From the NCBI GenBank assembly GCA_048938005.1, contig JBHLMQ010000038.1, forward strand, positions 3,697 to 30,007: a stretch of DNA of 26,311 nt, given 5' to 3'. Shown one piece after another: positions 1-9,704 of this stretch. Position 1 is the first letter of the stretch; each line of letters starts with the position of its first letter. The DNA comes from Promethearchaeota archaeon (lineage in GTDB: Archaea > Asgardarchaeota > Lokiarchaeia > Sigyniarchaeales > SOKP01). The position numbers and the translations under genes are program-made. The notes under the pieces are model-generated. The model saw only the letters and a list, made by a program, of their open reading frames with translations, searched no databases and was not told the DNA's origin.

Positions 1-3000
1 AGACAGAATAGTTTTGTGCGTTTGCGGATATTGTCCAATTTAAATTGAAATTTCCATCTGTATCAGGTGTTCCAGCACCTGTTGTTAAGTTAAAATTACC
101 TGGGGGGATTGGTTTCCATAAGCACGTATGGAAATTTAGCTTATTAAATGCGTTTTGCTGGAATCCTGTTAAATCACTATGATGAGCACAAACTAATTTT
201 TGAACATGTGTGTATGCATAATTCACAAGATCCTCAATTATAATTTGTTGTATATCATCATATTTTGCTTCTCTTGCTTTTGGATCTGTTATTTTAAGAG
301 CCTCATCCATCCATTGATTATAAAGAGGTTCGTCCACTTCTCCATAATTACTCGCAGATCCTGGCGTGAATAATGGGTTGATAAAATCACTTGGATCATT
401 ATAGTCGGGCCACCATCCCATATTTGCTAGATGAAACTCATATGTTGTATAGCCAGGAATCCTGTATAGACGATAAAGAAACTCATAAAAAGACATTCCA
501 GTAAGAGTGACATTAATTCCTATTAACATCAAATTTTCCATTAATAATATACCAAACTTGGCCCTTAATAGATTATCTGTATTATAAATATATTTCAATT
601 GCATAAAATTTGCGTTTATCCAATTATAATGATCAGGATTTGCATATGGATTATCTGGATTATAGGAGATATTCCAACCTACACCATAGCCCATCCATTG
701 CATTATCGTTCGTGCAAACGTAATGTTAAATGTAGGATAATCAAAAGTATCGTTTGCATAAATAATACCATTTGGAATGGCAGATTTTAACCGTTCAGCA
801 GTACCTTCCATGATTTCATCAATTATAAAATCATAGTCAATAGCATAAGCAATCGCTTTTCGTGTTATATTATCCAAAAAGTTATTATTCATACTAATGA
901 GGTTAATATCCGTGCTTGTTTTTTCAGATTCCAATACCGTTATACCGGGATCATTCTTTAGGATCGAAATCATATCAGGATCAATGGTATTAACATATAA
1001 AGATTCAATTCTATCAACCATACCAATATCTCCATTCAACAGTGCTAGAAATCTATCAAATGGATCAATAATAATTGAGAATACTAAAGATTTAATTTGA
1101 GCTGGTCCCTTTCGATAGTCTTCAAATGCATGAAATGTAACATTTACTAAAGGATTATAACCATCAAAAACAAAAGGACCAGTCCCAACTATATCTCCTG
1201 TCTCATCTGTTGGAATTCTTGTTGTAGCATGCGCAGCATGAGCCGTGGGTGATAATATGTACATGGAGGGGAAGCATAATAATGCTTCGAATGGTGCATA
1301 GTAGTGATTTAACACAAATCTTACGGTATAATCATCAATAACTTCAGTCCTATTAATAATTAGAGTTTGATTAGGCCACACATATAGCTGTGCTGTAGTA
1401 GGATAATACCAATCAGTTAATTCACCAGTAGCATTCATGAAATATTGATATCTATCAACACTAAATTTAACGGCTGTTGCATTAAATGGTGTGCCATCGT
1501 GAAATGTAATATTTGGTTTAAGAGTGACTGTGTAATTCTTATAATCAGCGGACCATGTACCCATATCAGCTGCTAGATTAGGGATAATTGCGTTTGAAGG
1601 GTCTGAATAGTTATAAGTAAATAGACCTTCAGCCACTTGATCTAAGACATTTATGGAAGCAATATCCCAAGCATCTACTGGATCAAGATCACGAACTCGA
1701 GATGAGAGTCCATAGATAAACGGAATATTGGATTCTATGTCTACAACTTTAACATCCACGATATCTTCTACAATTTTATCGCTATTGTGCACTTCTATTC
1801 GGTATTGATATGTACCAGTTGAAAGTTCATCAATATTTATATTCACTGGCACACCTGAATCCCACACATCACTTTGGACTAAATCCATACCTTTATAAAC
1901 ATAATATATTGGAGTAGAAACATTCATTGCCGTAATATTCCAGGTAATGCTATTTCCTATAGTTCCTTCAAAAAAAGTAAGATCATTGGGACGTGTTATT
2001 TCCATACTATATTGAGTACGGTTCCATTGGCATATATGAAAATTCAAATTATTAAAAGCATTTTGCTGAAATCCTGTTAAATCACGATGATGAGCACACG
2101 ATAAGTTTTGAACGTATAGATATGCCAAAGGCATGAGATCCTCAATTATATATTGTTGCATTTCATCGTATTTAGCTTCCCGCGCTTTAGGATCTGTTAT
2201 TTTAAGAGCCTCTTCCATCGCTGTATTCAAGTATAAATCGTCTACTTGTGCATAATCATAAATTTGCGAGGGATTTAATAATGTATTAATATAATTAATT
2301 GGATCATTATAATCCTCCACCCAACCTGCCATAGCAAGATGAAAATCATCTCTACTATAGGGGGGAAAACCAATCAGATAACTAATATATTTAGAAAAAC
2401 TCATTCCATTAAGAGTTAATTTTATCCCTAGATTTTCTAAATTATCCTTTAATAATATGCCAATTTTTCCTCGTAACAGATTATCTGCGTTATATATATA
2501 TGTATATTCCGCGATAGGTGGCATTGTTCCGTTTATGTGTTGGTGAAAATCATGATAGTCATTTACTCCGTCATTATAATAAGCAGGAACAATTCCACCA
2601 TCAACAAGGAACTGTCTTGCCTTAGTAATATTATAGACAGGATAATTAAAAGTATCGTTTGCATATAAAATACCATTCGGAATGGCTGATTTTAACCGTT
2701 CAGCGGTGCCTCCCATGATTTCATAAATTATATAATCATAGTCGATAACATAAGAAATCGCGTTTCGCATCGTCTTACTCAACAGGTTATTATTCATAAG
2801 AATGAAATATGTAATTAAGTTCGTCTTTTCTGATTCCAAGACGGTTATGTCAGGATCCTCTTTTAAAATGGAAATCATATCAGGATGAATACTATCGATC
2901 ATATCAATTTCTCCATTTAACAGTGCTAGAGCTCTATCAAGGGGATCTTCAATAATCGAGAATATTAGAGACTTAATTTGAGCTGGTCCCTTCCGATAGT

Positions 3001-3745
3001 TTTCAAATGCATGAAATGTTACATTCACACCAGAATTATAACCATCATAAACAAAAGGACCTGTGCCAAATATTTTTCCAGTATTAATATCAATTCTTTC
3101 TGTTAGCGGAGTTTTTGATGGAGCTAATATGTACATGGCGTTGAAGCATAATAACGATTCGAATGCCGCATAATAGTGATTTAACACAAATTTTATGGTA
3201 AAAACATCAACAAATTCAGTCCGGTTAATAATAAGCGTGCCATTAGGCCACCTATATAACTCTTGAGTAAGAGGAAAATCATTAGGATCAGTTATTACAC
3301 CAGTAGCGTTCATGAAATATTGATATCTTTCAACACAATATTGAACGGCTGAATAATTAAAGGGTGTGCCATCGTGAAATGTGATACCTTGTTTAAGGGA
3401 AACTGTGTAACTCTTATAATCAGCAGACCAGTTACCCATATCAGCTGCTAAGTTAGGGATAATAGCGTTTGAAGGATCTGAATAGTTATATGTAAATAAG
3501 CCTTCAGCCACTTGGTCTAGAACATTTAAAGAGTCCTGACCCCAGACATCTATTGGATCAATTTCTAGGGGTCCACGTGCGGCTCCATAAATAAATGAAG
3601 TGTTGTTTGCACCATTACTCAGCGTAGGACTTATATCATTGTTGGTTGCTTCATTTTGATAAAAATCAGTTAAGCCTGGTAAGTTAATGAAAATCGAAGT
3701 AAAAATTAGTAGTAATATACTAAGGGATTGAAAACTTTTTTTCAT
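1..3745 (-). CDS. Large secreted ABC-transporter substrate-binding protein (family 5, DppA/OppA-like) with two tandem SBP domains and Ig/FN3-like domains; 3' end outside the window
   Basis: Absent from the ORF track, consistent with no stop inside the window. ATG at 3745; hand translation gives signal peptide MKKSFQSLSILLLIFTSIFINLPG, then the family-5 signature DQVAEGLFTYNYSDPSNAIIPNLAADMG.WSADYK.YTV.LK..ITFHDGTPFN twice (about 3510-3360 and 1640-1485). Frame checked at 2050, 1510 and 139; about 1248 codons in window. Confidence 0.9.
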   Translation of the reverse strand, partial: MKKSFQSLSILLLIFTSIFINLPGLTDFYQNEATNNDISPTLSNGANNTSFIYGAARGPLEIDPIDVWGQDSLNVLDQVAEGLFTYNYSDPSNAIIPNLAADMGNWSADYKSYTVSLKQGITFHDGTPFNYSAVQYCVERYQYFMNATGVITDPNDFPLTQELYRWPNGTLIINRTEFVDVFTIKFVLNHYYAAFESLLCFNAMYILAPSKTPLTERIDINTGKIFGTGPFVYDGYNSGVNVTFHAFENYRKGPAQIKSLIFSIIEDPLDRALALLNGEIDMIDSIHPDMISILKEDPDITVLESEKTNLITYFILMNNNLLSKTMRNAISYVIDYDYIIYEIMGGTAERLKSAIPNGILYANDTFNYPVYNITKARQFLVDGGIVPAYYNDGVNDYHDFHQHINGTMPPIAEYTYIYNADNLLRGKIGILLKDNLENLGIKLTLNGMSFSKYISYLIGFPPYSRDDFHLAMAGWVEDYNDPINYINTLLNPSQIYDYAQVDDLYLNTAMEEALKITDPKAREAKYDEMQQYIIEDLMPLAYLYVQNLSCAHHRDLTGFQQNAFNNLNFHICQWNRTQYSMEITRPNDLTFFEGTIGNSITWNITAMNVSTPIYYVYKGMDLVQSDVWDSGVPVNINIDELSTGTYQYRIEVHNSDKIVEDIVDVKVVDIESNIPFIYGLSSRVRDLDPVDAWDIASINVLDQVAEGLFTYNYSDPSNAIIPNLAADMGTWSADYKNYTVTLKPNITFHDGTPFNATAVKFSVDRYQYFMNATGELTDWYYPTTAQLYVWPNQTLIINRTEVIDDYTVRFVLNHYYAPFEALLCFPSMYILSPTAHAAHATTRIPTDETGDIVGTGPFVFDGYNPLVNVTFHAFEDYRKGPAQIKSLVFSIIIDPFDRFLALLNGDIGMVDRIESLYVNTIDPDMISILKNDPGITVLESEKTSTDINLISMNNNFLDNITRKAIAYAIDYDFIIDEIMEGTAERLKSAIPNGIIYANDTFDYPTFNITFARTIMQWMGYGVGWNISYNPDNPYANPDHYNWINANFMQLKYIYNTDNLLRAKFGILLMENLMLIGINVTLTGMSFYEFLYRLYRIPGYTTYEFHLANMGWWPDYNDPSDFINPLFTPGSASNYGEVDEPLYNQWMDEALKITDPKAREAKYDDIQQIIIEDLVNYAYTHVQKLVCAHHSDLTGFQQNAFNKLNFHTCLWKPIPPGNFNLTTGAGTPDTDGNFNLNWTISANAQNYSV
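115..3600 (-). repeat. Intragenic duplication of an SBP family-5 domain (copy 1 about 3600-2025, copy 2 about 1720-115)
   Basis: Near-identical DNA blocks, e.g. cccatatcagctgcta..ttagggataat.gcgtttgaagg.tctgaatagttata at about 3435 and 1560, and atttgagctggtccctt.cgatagt at about 2975 and 1095. Confidence 0.9.
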
Positions 3746-3750
3746 TAGAT

Positions 3751-3756
3751 TCACCT
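3751..3756 (-). promoter_or_regulatory. Shine-Dalgarno-like site (AGGTGA) upstream of the SBP gene
   Basis: TCACCT on the + strand reads AGGTGA on the - strand, 5 nt before the ATG at 3745. Confidence 0.6.
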
Positions 3757-3942
3757 TAAGAATATTTGTCACATTATTATTTTTAACTTTTACGTATAAT
3801 TGGATTAAATTACTTTTTATGCAGTATATCAATCTTAAACCATTCTCCAATTAAAATAGTTTATATTCAAGATTCACATAAAAAGAGTATCATGGTTAAT
3901 TAAGAAATGAACAAAAAATCTCTGGTATGAATAATTAGTAGA

Positions 3943-6378
3943 TTAATTTTGGATAAATATTTCTTTCTTACCAGCTGTTTCAAATTTAAGATTTAAAATT
4001 ATTATTTGGGATGACTCTTTGTAATTCCATGAATCTATTATGTTTTTATCAACTTGAATAGAAGATGGTCTATTTTCTGAGTAAATCAATAAATTAACCA
4101 TTGCACCTTCTATATTTTCTACTGAAATACTTAATGAATCTTTAGTGGAATTCACATTGGTGAATAATTTTTTCGAACAAGTAACAAATTTATCAGGACA
4201 TCCAATTAAAGCCATATTATTTAGTGTGATTGGGCATAAGATATAATACTTATATCCATATTTTTGCAATTTCCCTATTTCTATATAATTATCAGATTTA
4301 ATTCTATTTAAGCCACCAGATAGATAATCATATACAATATATTCATTGCGATCAAATCCTAATTCTTTCAAAGTAAAATATGTTTCTTTCACTTTTTTAG
4401 GCCATATATTAGAAATTAAAATATATCGCCATGTCAAATTATCAATTTTTGAGTAAGTATCACATATATAGTATTTTCTATGTTTCCTAAACATAAGGTC
4501 ATTTGCAGTTAACAATTTATCTGGTTTTAACAAAAGACCATCATTTCTACACGTTTTTTGTAAAAGGGGCCAATTAATATTTTCTTTTTTATCTCCAGGA
4601 GCTACAACACCTGCATTTAAAATTTGATACAAACAATTGAAATCGGGAAATCTTTCACCAAATGGTCTAAATTTCACATTTTCCATTGTTCTTGAACGGA
4701 ATACGTCAGGATGTGAATTAATTCCTATAGCATGAAAAAGTATGTTTGTTTGAGTAGAATGAATAAATCTGTAAGACAATGGCCATCTATGGTTATAATC
4801 CCCTGAACACCTAGCAATGTTAACATTTGAATGTTTTATACTATGCAACAAAACCCCAGGGGTTTGCATGCAATAAAAAACGTCAATACCTTTTTCTCTC
4901 GCAGCAGTAGCCATGCTATTCAACCACTCTTCCTGAGCATTAAAATTTTTCCTCAAAATTGGCATACTTACAATTTGATTTTTCATCCAATCTTGTTCAT
5001 AAACTTCAATTCCACTTTCTTTAGCATGTGCCATTAACCAGTCCCAGAATTCTTTTTTTAGTGGTACAGCATGATTTTTATATATTTTAAACTCAAATTT
5101 TTCAACATAAGGAGATCTTGCATCCCATCGACGATTATGAGCTGTAATCGGTTTTTTAAAACGTTCTCGATAAAAAGTTTTCAAATCTGTACTAAAATGC
5201 TTAGGATCTACTTCCCAACGTATGGTATTTCCGAATAGTCCACCCCCCATTAATCTTATAAGAGGTTTTAAAATAGATGTTAAAAATTTTCTCGTGTGTT
5301 TTAAATACCACCAACTATCAAAATTGTAATACCCTATAGGAATAGTATTTTCTTCAAAATAATCTTTAATTGCCACCATTGTATCTTCATAATTCATTCC
5401 CTTTTCTGGTTTATAGTAATAATAGGCCCCGTTATCTGTCCAAAAACCAAGATGAGAGGTCACAATATTAGCATAAAGGCTTTTGCGCTTAGAATTATGA
5501 TATTTTAAGAGAATATCACCAAGATGCTCCATTGATTGGTTTATGCCTTTACTAAAAAGGAGTATGAATTTTTGTGAAAATCCTTGTGGTAATTTCTTGA
5601 TCCCTCCTTGTATTCCACAAGAGATCCTTTTATTTTTATCTTCAGAGATTACAGTGTTCAAAAAACCATCCAGAGGGGAAATAATGATACAATTAAGATC
5701 TTCATCATATAAAATTACCGGTGCAGATGTAGTGTCAATTGTTCTTGATGGAGGACAAAAAATTGTATTTCTAAAAGTAAATATATTTGTATTGGGACTT
5801 TTATTTATGAATGAAGGAAATGAAGTAATAAGTTCGGAATATTTACCTGAAGCTGTGCTTTCTAAACCAATTGGAATCGAAAGCTCAAAAATAAGGAAAT
5901 TTTGGTCATAATATTGTTTAATTGATGTATTTAAGTATCTTTCTTCATCTTCTAACCGATATTGTATATTGATTGATTTGAATGTCCCTAAGTTATCATC
6001 TCCGTGGCTTTCATTAATAGAAAATAATTCGAGATTTTTTAATTCGTTTTGAGAAGGATTGAAATTAATATAATCGGTAAATTTATGCCTAATTTTTATA
6101 ATACCATTGATTAATTCTCTCTTGGCACCAAATGAAATTGTATATGTTCCTAAGTTCCTATTAAAATCAACTTGAGCTGTATTATCTTGATCTGGAAGCG
6201 TTTCCAATACTTTCTTTTTCTTAAAATCTTTTGACTTATATACGTAACTAGCATTAAATTTTGGAGAAACAAAGCGATCAAAAATTAAAGGAACTAGTAA
6301 ATATAATATAAACAAAACTAAGATTATACTAACAATAATTAGTAGGATCAGAATCACAAGATAAATATCAAATGCCAA
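3943..6378 (-). CDS. Membrane-anchored glycoside-hydrolase-like protein (TIM-barrel, GH-D clan/raffinose-synthase-like; family uncertain)
   Basis: 811 aa, TTG start, N-terminal hydrophobic helix. Motifs FWTDNGAYYYY, FDSWWY, HNRRW, YEQDW, YCMQ, ARCSGDY, PDVF and C..DGLLLKPD resemble GH27/36-like barrels. Confidence 0.6.
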   Translation of the reverse strand: MAFDIYLVILILLIIVSIILVLFILYLLVPLIFDRFVSPKFNASYVYKSKDFKKKKVLETLPDQDNTAQVDFNRNLGTYTISFGAKRELINGIIKIRHKFTDYINFNPSQNELKNLELFSINESHGDDNLGTFKSINIQYRLEDEERYLNTSIKQYYDQNFLIFELSIPIGLESTASGKYSELITSFPSFINKSPNTNIFTFRNTIFCPPSRTIDTTSAPVILYDEDLNCIIISPLDGFLNTVISEDKNKRISCGIQGGIKKLPQGFSQKFILLFSKGINQSMEHLGDILLKYHNSKRKSLYANIVTSHLGFWTDNGAYYYYKPEKGMNYEDTMVAIKDYFEENTIPIGYYNFDSWWYLKHTRKFLTSILKPLIRLMGGGLFGNTIRWEVDPKHFSTDLKTFYRERFKKPITAHNRRWDARSPYVEKFEFKIYKNHAVPLKKEFWDWLMAHAKESGIEVYEQDWMKNQIVSMPILRKNFNAQEEWLNSMATAAREKGIDVFYCMQTPGVLLHSIKHSNVNIARCSGDYNHRWPLSYRFIHSTQTNILFHAIGINSHPDVFRSRTMENVKFRPFGERFPDFNCLYQILNAGVVAPGDKKENINWPLLQKTCRNDGLLLKPDKLLTANDLMFRKHRKYYICDTYSKIDNLTWRYILISNIWPKKVKETYFTLKELGFDRNEYIVYDYLSGGLNRIKSDNYIEIGKLQKYGYKYYILCPITLNNMALIGCPDKFVTCSKKLFTNVNSTKDSLSISVENIEGAMVNLLIYSENRPSSIQVDKNIIDSWNYKESSQIIILNLKFETAGKKEIFIQN

Positions 6379-6597
6379 TTAAAACACATAGATTTTATTT
6401 TTTAACCAAGTTATTCTAAAAGATGATTAAATAAATATTAAAGAATATAATAAATATGCTTCAACAAGTGTTATTTCTTCAATTTATAGCATTGATATTT
6501 AAGTCAAAATTATTTACTATTTTCATAAATGAATATACCGATTCAATTATTCATATTAAAATTATTTAAATATAATCATTTTATATAAGAAAATATC

Positions 6598-7692
6598 ATG
6601 GCGAATAAAATTATTAATGTTGCTATAATAGGTGTAGGTGATGTGGCATCGGCTCTCGTCCAAGGAGTTGAAAATTACAAAAAAAATCCTGAAAAAACAA
6701 TTGGGATACTTCCAGAAATCAACCAATATAGTATGAATGATATAAATTTTGTTCTGGGAATTGATGTTAATTCAAAGAAAATCGGAAAAGATCTAAGTCA
6801 AGCGATTTTTATTGAGCCAAATTGTAATATGAAACTATACGAACCTGATTTTATGAATACTCCTATTATTAAAGGACCAATCATGGATGGATTAGATAGT
6901 AATATTAAAGACATTATTCCAATTGATACAGATCAAAAACCTGTAGATGTCACACAAGAACTTAAAAATAAAAATGTTGATGTTGCAATAATCCTACTTC
7001 CAACAGGTTCACATAAAGCTGTAAAATTTTATGCCATGAGTGCACTTGAAGCTGGTGCATCTGTGATAAATGGAATGCCGTCACATGTTGTGAAAGATCC
7101 AGAAATAGTCGAAAAAGCAGAGCAGTTAAATCTTTCACTTATAGGAGACGATGTTAAATCACAAATAGGGGCAACTATTATTCATAGAACTTTAGCAAAT
7201 CTCTTTCCGATGCGGGGAGCAATTTTAGATAAAACAATCCAACTAGATTGGGGAGGTTCGAGCGATTTTTGCAATTTATTAACACCAATGCAAAATGGTT
7301 CATTAAGATACGAAGAAGGAAAACGTCAATCTAAAACTGAATCAGTTATTGCTAATCTCCAAAATAAGAATTCAGTGGATTGTAAAATTTCCGCTGTAGA
7401 TTATATACCATTCTTAAAAAATCAAAAAGAGGCTTATATGAGACTAGAGGGACGTATTTTTGGAGGTGCCCCGGTTAGAGTAGATATTACTATGTTTGTA
7501 GAAGATGGAAATAATTCAGCAGGAATTATTGCAGATTGTATTAGGATCAGTAAAATTGCAAAGGATAGAAAAATTGGAGGTATTCTACAATCAGCGTGCT
7601 CTTTTTTTGCTAAACATCCCCCAGAGCAACTAGATGATTATATTGCCAAAAAGAGACTTTTAGAATTTATAGAAAATAAAAGAGAGCGATAG
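6598..7692 (+). CDS. ino1: myo-inositol-1(3)-phosphate synthase (Ino1/MIPS), divergent
   Basis: NAD-binding AIIGVG..ASALVQG, LPTGS, GDDVKSQIGAT, SKT, K.AYMRLEG..FGG.P, NSAG and F.KHPP are characteristic of prokaryotic MIPS. Confidence 0.88.
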   Translation: MANKIINVAIIGVGDVASALVQGVENYKKNPEKTIGILPEINQYSMNDINFVLGIDVNSKKIGKDLSQAIFIEPNCNMKLYEPDFMNTPIIKGPIMDGLDSNIKDIIPIDTDQKPVDVTQELKNKNVDVAIILLPTGSHKAVKFYAMSALEAGASVINGMPSHVVKDPEIVEKAEQLNLSLIGDDVKSQIGATIIHRTLANLFPMRGAILDKTIQLDWGGSSDFCNLLTPMQNGSLRYEEGKRQSKTESVIANLQNKNSVDCKISAVDYIPFLKNQKEAYMRLEGRIFGGAPVRVDITMFVEDGNNSAGIIADCIRISKIAKDRKIGGILQSACSFFAKHPPEQLDDYIAKKRLLEFIENKRER

Positions 7693-7709
7693 ATAAATAA
7701 TTTTTATTT

Positions 7710-8624
7710 TTAACCTCTAACTTTTGCAGGAGTTTTAAATAGTTGTTGTTGCATAACAACTATATTATAGATATAATCTGATAACAAGCTAACTGCTTCA
7801 GGTATGCTTCTAAAACTTGGAAAATCATTGATATCTATAATGTAAGGTGTGCCATCTTCAGTTAATATATAATCAATACCAAAAATTGACATACCAATTT
7901 TTCTCCCAAGTCTTAAAATTCTTCTCTTTAATTGTTTGTCAATAGGTATACGAATATGGATTAATTCTAATGGAGTCAAATTATCATCTTCCTGTAATCT
8001 ATTATGAGATGTAATAGATACTGCCCAACGATCAATAACATATATTTTATAAATGATATCAAAATTTCCTAAGTATGATTGGAAAAATAATTCATCTTCT
8101 CGATAATTTTCAACTAATTTCTTGAATTGGGAAATATTTTGTGCTATCCCAATAATTCTATCGTTCTTTGGTAAATTTGGTACGTTATGGGTGTCTAATT
8201 TAATAATTACCTTTGTGCCATTGGAACATGCATTAAAAGCTTCTTTCATAGAAAAAAATGTTTTTGGGATGTTTAATTTTTTTACTCTTTGTTCAATGAA
8301 TTTAAAAGTTTCAGTCCTACTTTCACATATTTCAACTGCTTGTGTCCTATTTAATAGAGGAATATTCGGAGCAATTTCACGAATGGTTTTGTAGATTTCT
8401 TTATTTGATTCTTCAGAAAATATTTTTACAATTATTAATGAAATAGGGTACCTTTTTAATTGTTTTTTAAAATACTTAATGCTAAAAGAATTAGAACCTT
8501 TTTTTAAAAGGTTTATAATAGAGATATTGTAATTTTTGGAGCAGAATTTTTTGATCTTTTCGAAAACTTCAAGATCTCGATTACAAATAGAGCCTATGTA
8601 TATTCTACTAAGCTTATTTGACAC
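7710..8624 (-). CDS. ATP-grasp protein, inositol 1,3,4-trisphosphate 5/6-kinase (ITPK1)-like
   Basis: GTG start. FFQSYL....IYKIYVID and SIFGIDYI......YIIDINDFPSF closely parallel eukaryotic ITPK1 motifs (Q.F...LYKVFVVG; LFGIDII...VIDINAFPGY). Confidence 0.75.
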   Translation of the reverse strand: MSNKLSRIYIGSICNRDLEVFEKIKKFCSKNYNISIINLLKKGSNSFSIKYFKKQLKRYPISLIIVKIFSEESNKEIYKTIREIAPNIPLLNRTQAVEICESRTETFKFIEQRVKKLNIPKTFFSMKEAFNACSNGTKVIIKLDTHNVPNLPKNDRIIGIAQNISQFKKLVENYREDELFFQSYLGNFDIIYKIYVIDRWAVSITSHNRLQEDDNLTPLELIHIRIPIDKQLKRRILRLGRKIGMSIFGIDYILTEDGTPYIIDINDFPSFRSIPEAVSLLSDYIYNIVVMQQQLFKTPAKVRG

Positions 8625-8771
8625 CCAAAAAACCCTATTTATTTTGATGATTATGAATAAATTAAGATATATAAATATATTGATTATTAATTAAGTTTCA
8701 GATGTTTTAATCGTTAAAAACCTTAGTTTTTAAAATTAATTGTTGACTTTTATTTTAAACTCATCACATTT

Positions 8772-8799
8772 AATACGAGACTTTATTATTACTCGTATT
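8772..8799. promoter_or_regulatory. Inverted repeat (AATACGAG-N12-CTCGTATT) in the divergent intergenic region; possible operator
   Basis: Perfect 8-bp arms at 8772-8779 and 8792-8799, between the divergent ATP-grasp genes. Confidence 0.35.
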
Positions 8800-8874
8800 T
8801 AAATTATAGATTTTTTTATAAAATATTAAAAGGAAAAACCGTTTTTTTTAAAAAAGACTTTAAAGGTAAATTAT

Positions 8875-9690
8875 GTGAAAAAAGTAGGAATAATAATTGA
8901 TAAATATCATTTAAAGTATAAAGTTACTGAGTTCCTAAAATATTTAAAGTCTAAAGCGGATGTAAGGTTATATATTGAAGAATCTTTTCTTTTAGATAGC
9001 TCGAAACTAAATTTTGATGAAGATTTATTCTTTATTAAAGCGAAGGGGGATCTAGTCTTAGCATTTATAAAATTAATTGAAGAAAAGACTTCTATTCCAG
9101 TAATAAACTCTTTTAAAGGGACATGGTTAGCAATTAATAGATTTTTAAATAGTGTATTTTTAAAAAAAGCAGGAATTCCGATACCTGATTTTTCTTTAAA
9201 TCCTAAAGGGAGTAATTCCCCATTTAGGGACTATATTATAAAAAATATAATAGATCAAAAAAATTATAAATTTAAACCGATAGTCAATAAAGCAAATGGG
9301 CAATTGATGGTAGCTGATGAGAGAGCTTTAAATGAAGTTGATAAAATGGATCCAAAATACAATTACCTCTATTATCAAAAATTTATTAAAAGTAAGTGGG
9401 AATATAAGATCTATGGTATTGGAGAGGAGGTTTATTTCTATAAACAATTACCTATCTTAGTTAATCCTAATAAGACGGAATCGCGAAGAAAAATTGATGA
9501 GAATCCTGAACTAAAAGAATATTGTTATAAGGCAATGGAAATCATGGATTTAAAAATAACTTCGCTAGATTTTCTAAAGTCAAAAGATCAATTTTTCTTA
9601 ACGGATATTAATTGCACTCCAAATTTTAATTATATTGAGAAAGGCCCCAAAATAGTAGTAGATTTTTTATTAGAACAAGTAAAAAAATAA
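8875..9690 (+). CDS. ATP-grasp protein, ITPK1-like/RimK-superfamily
   Basis: GTG start. PVINS....NR....L.KAGIPIP, YYQKFI...WEYKIYGIG, SLDFL.....FLTDINCTPNF (D-I-N rather than RimK E-V-N). Confidence 0.7.
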   Translation: MKKVGIIIDKYHLKYKVTEFLKYLKSKADVRLYIEESFLLDSSKLNFDEDLFFIKAKGDLVLAFIKLIEEKTSIPVINSFKGTWLAINRFLNSVFLKKAGIPIPDFSLNPKGSNSPFRDYIIKNIIDQKNYKFKPIVNKANGQLMVADERALNEVDKMDPKYNYLYYQKFIKSKWEYKIYGIGEEVYFYKQLPILVNPNKTESRRKIDENPELKEYCYKAMEIMDLKITSLDFLKSKDQFFLTDINCTPNFNYIEKGPKIVVDFLLEQVKK

Positions 9691-9704
9691 GGTAAATAAG
9701 GAAA

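Noticed and set aside
599-1100. Short + strand ORFs (599-790, 897-1100)
   Set aside because: They are antisense shadows of the long minus-strand SBP gene.
115-3600. Duplicated SBP blocks as a diversity-generating retroelement TR/VR pair
   Set aside because: Both copies are in-frame whole domains, the differences are not adenine-specific, and no reverse transcriptase is in the window.
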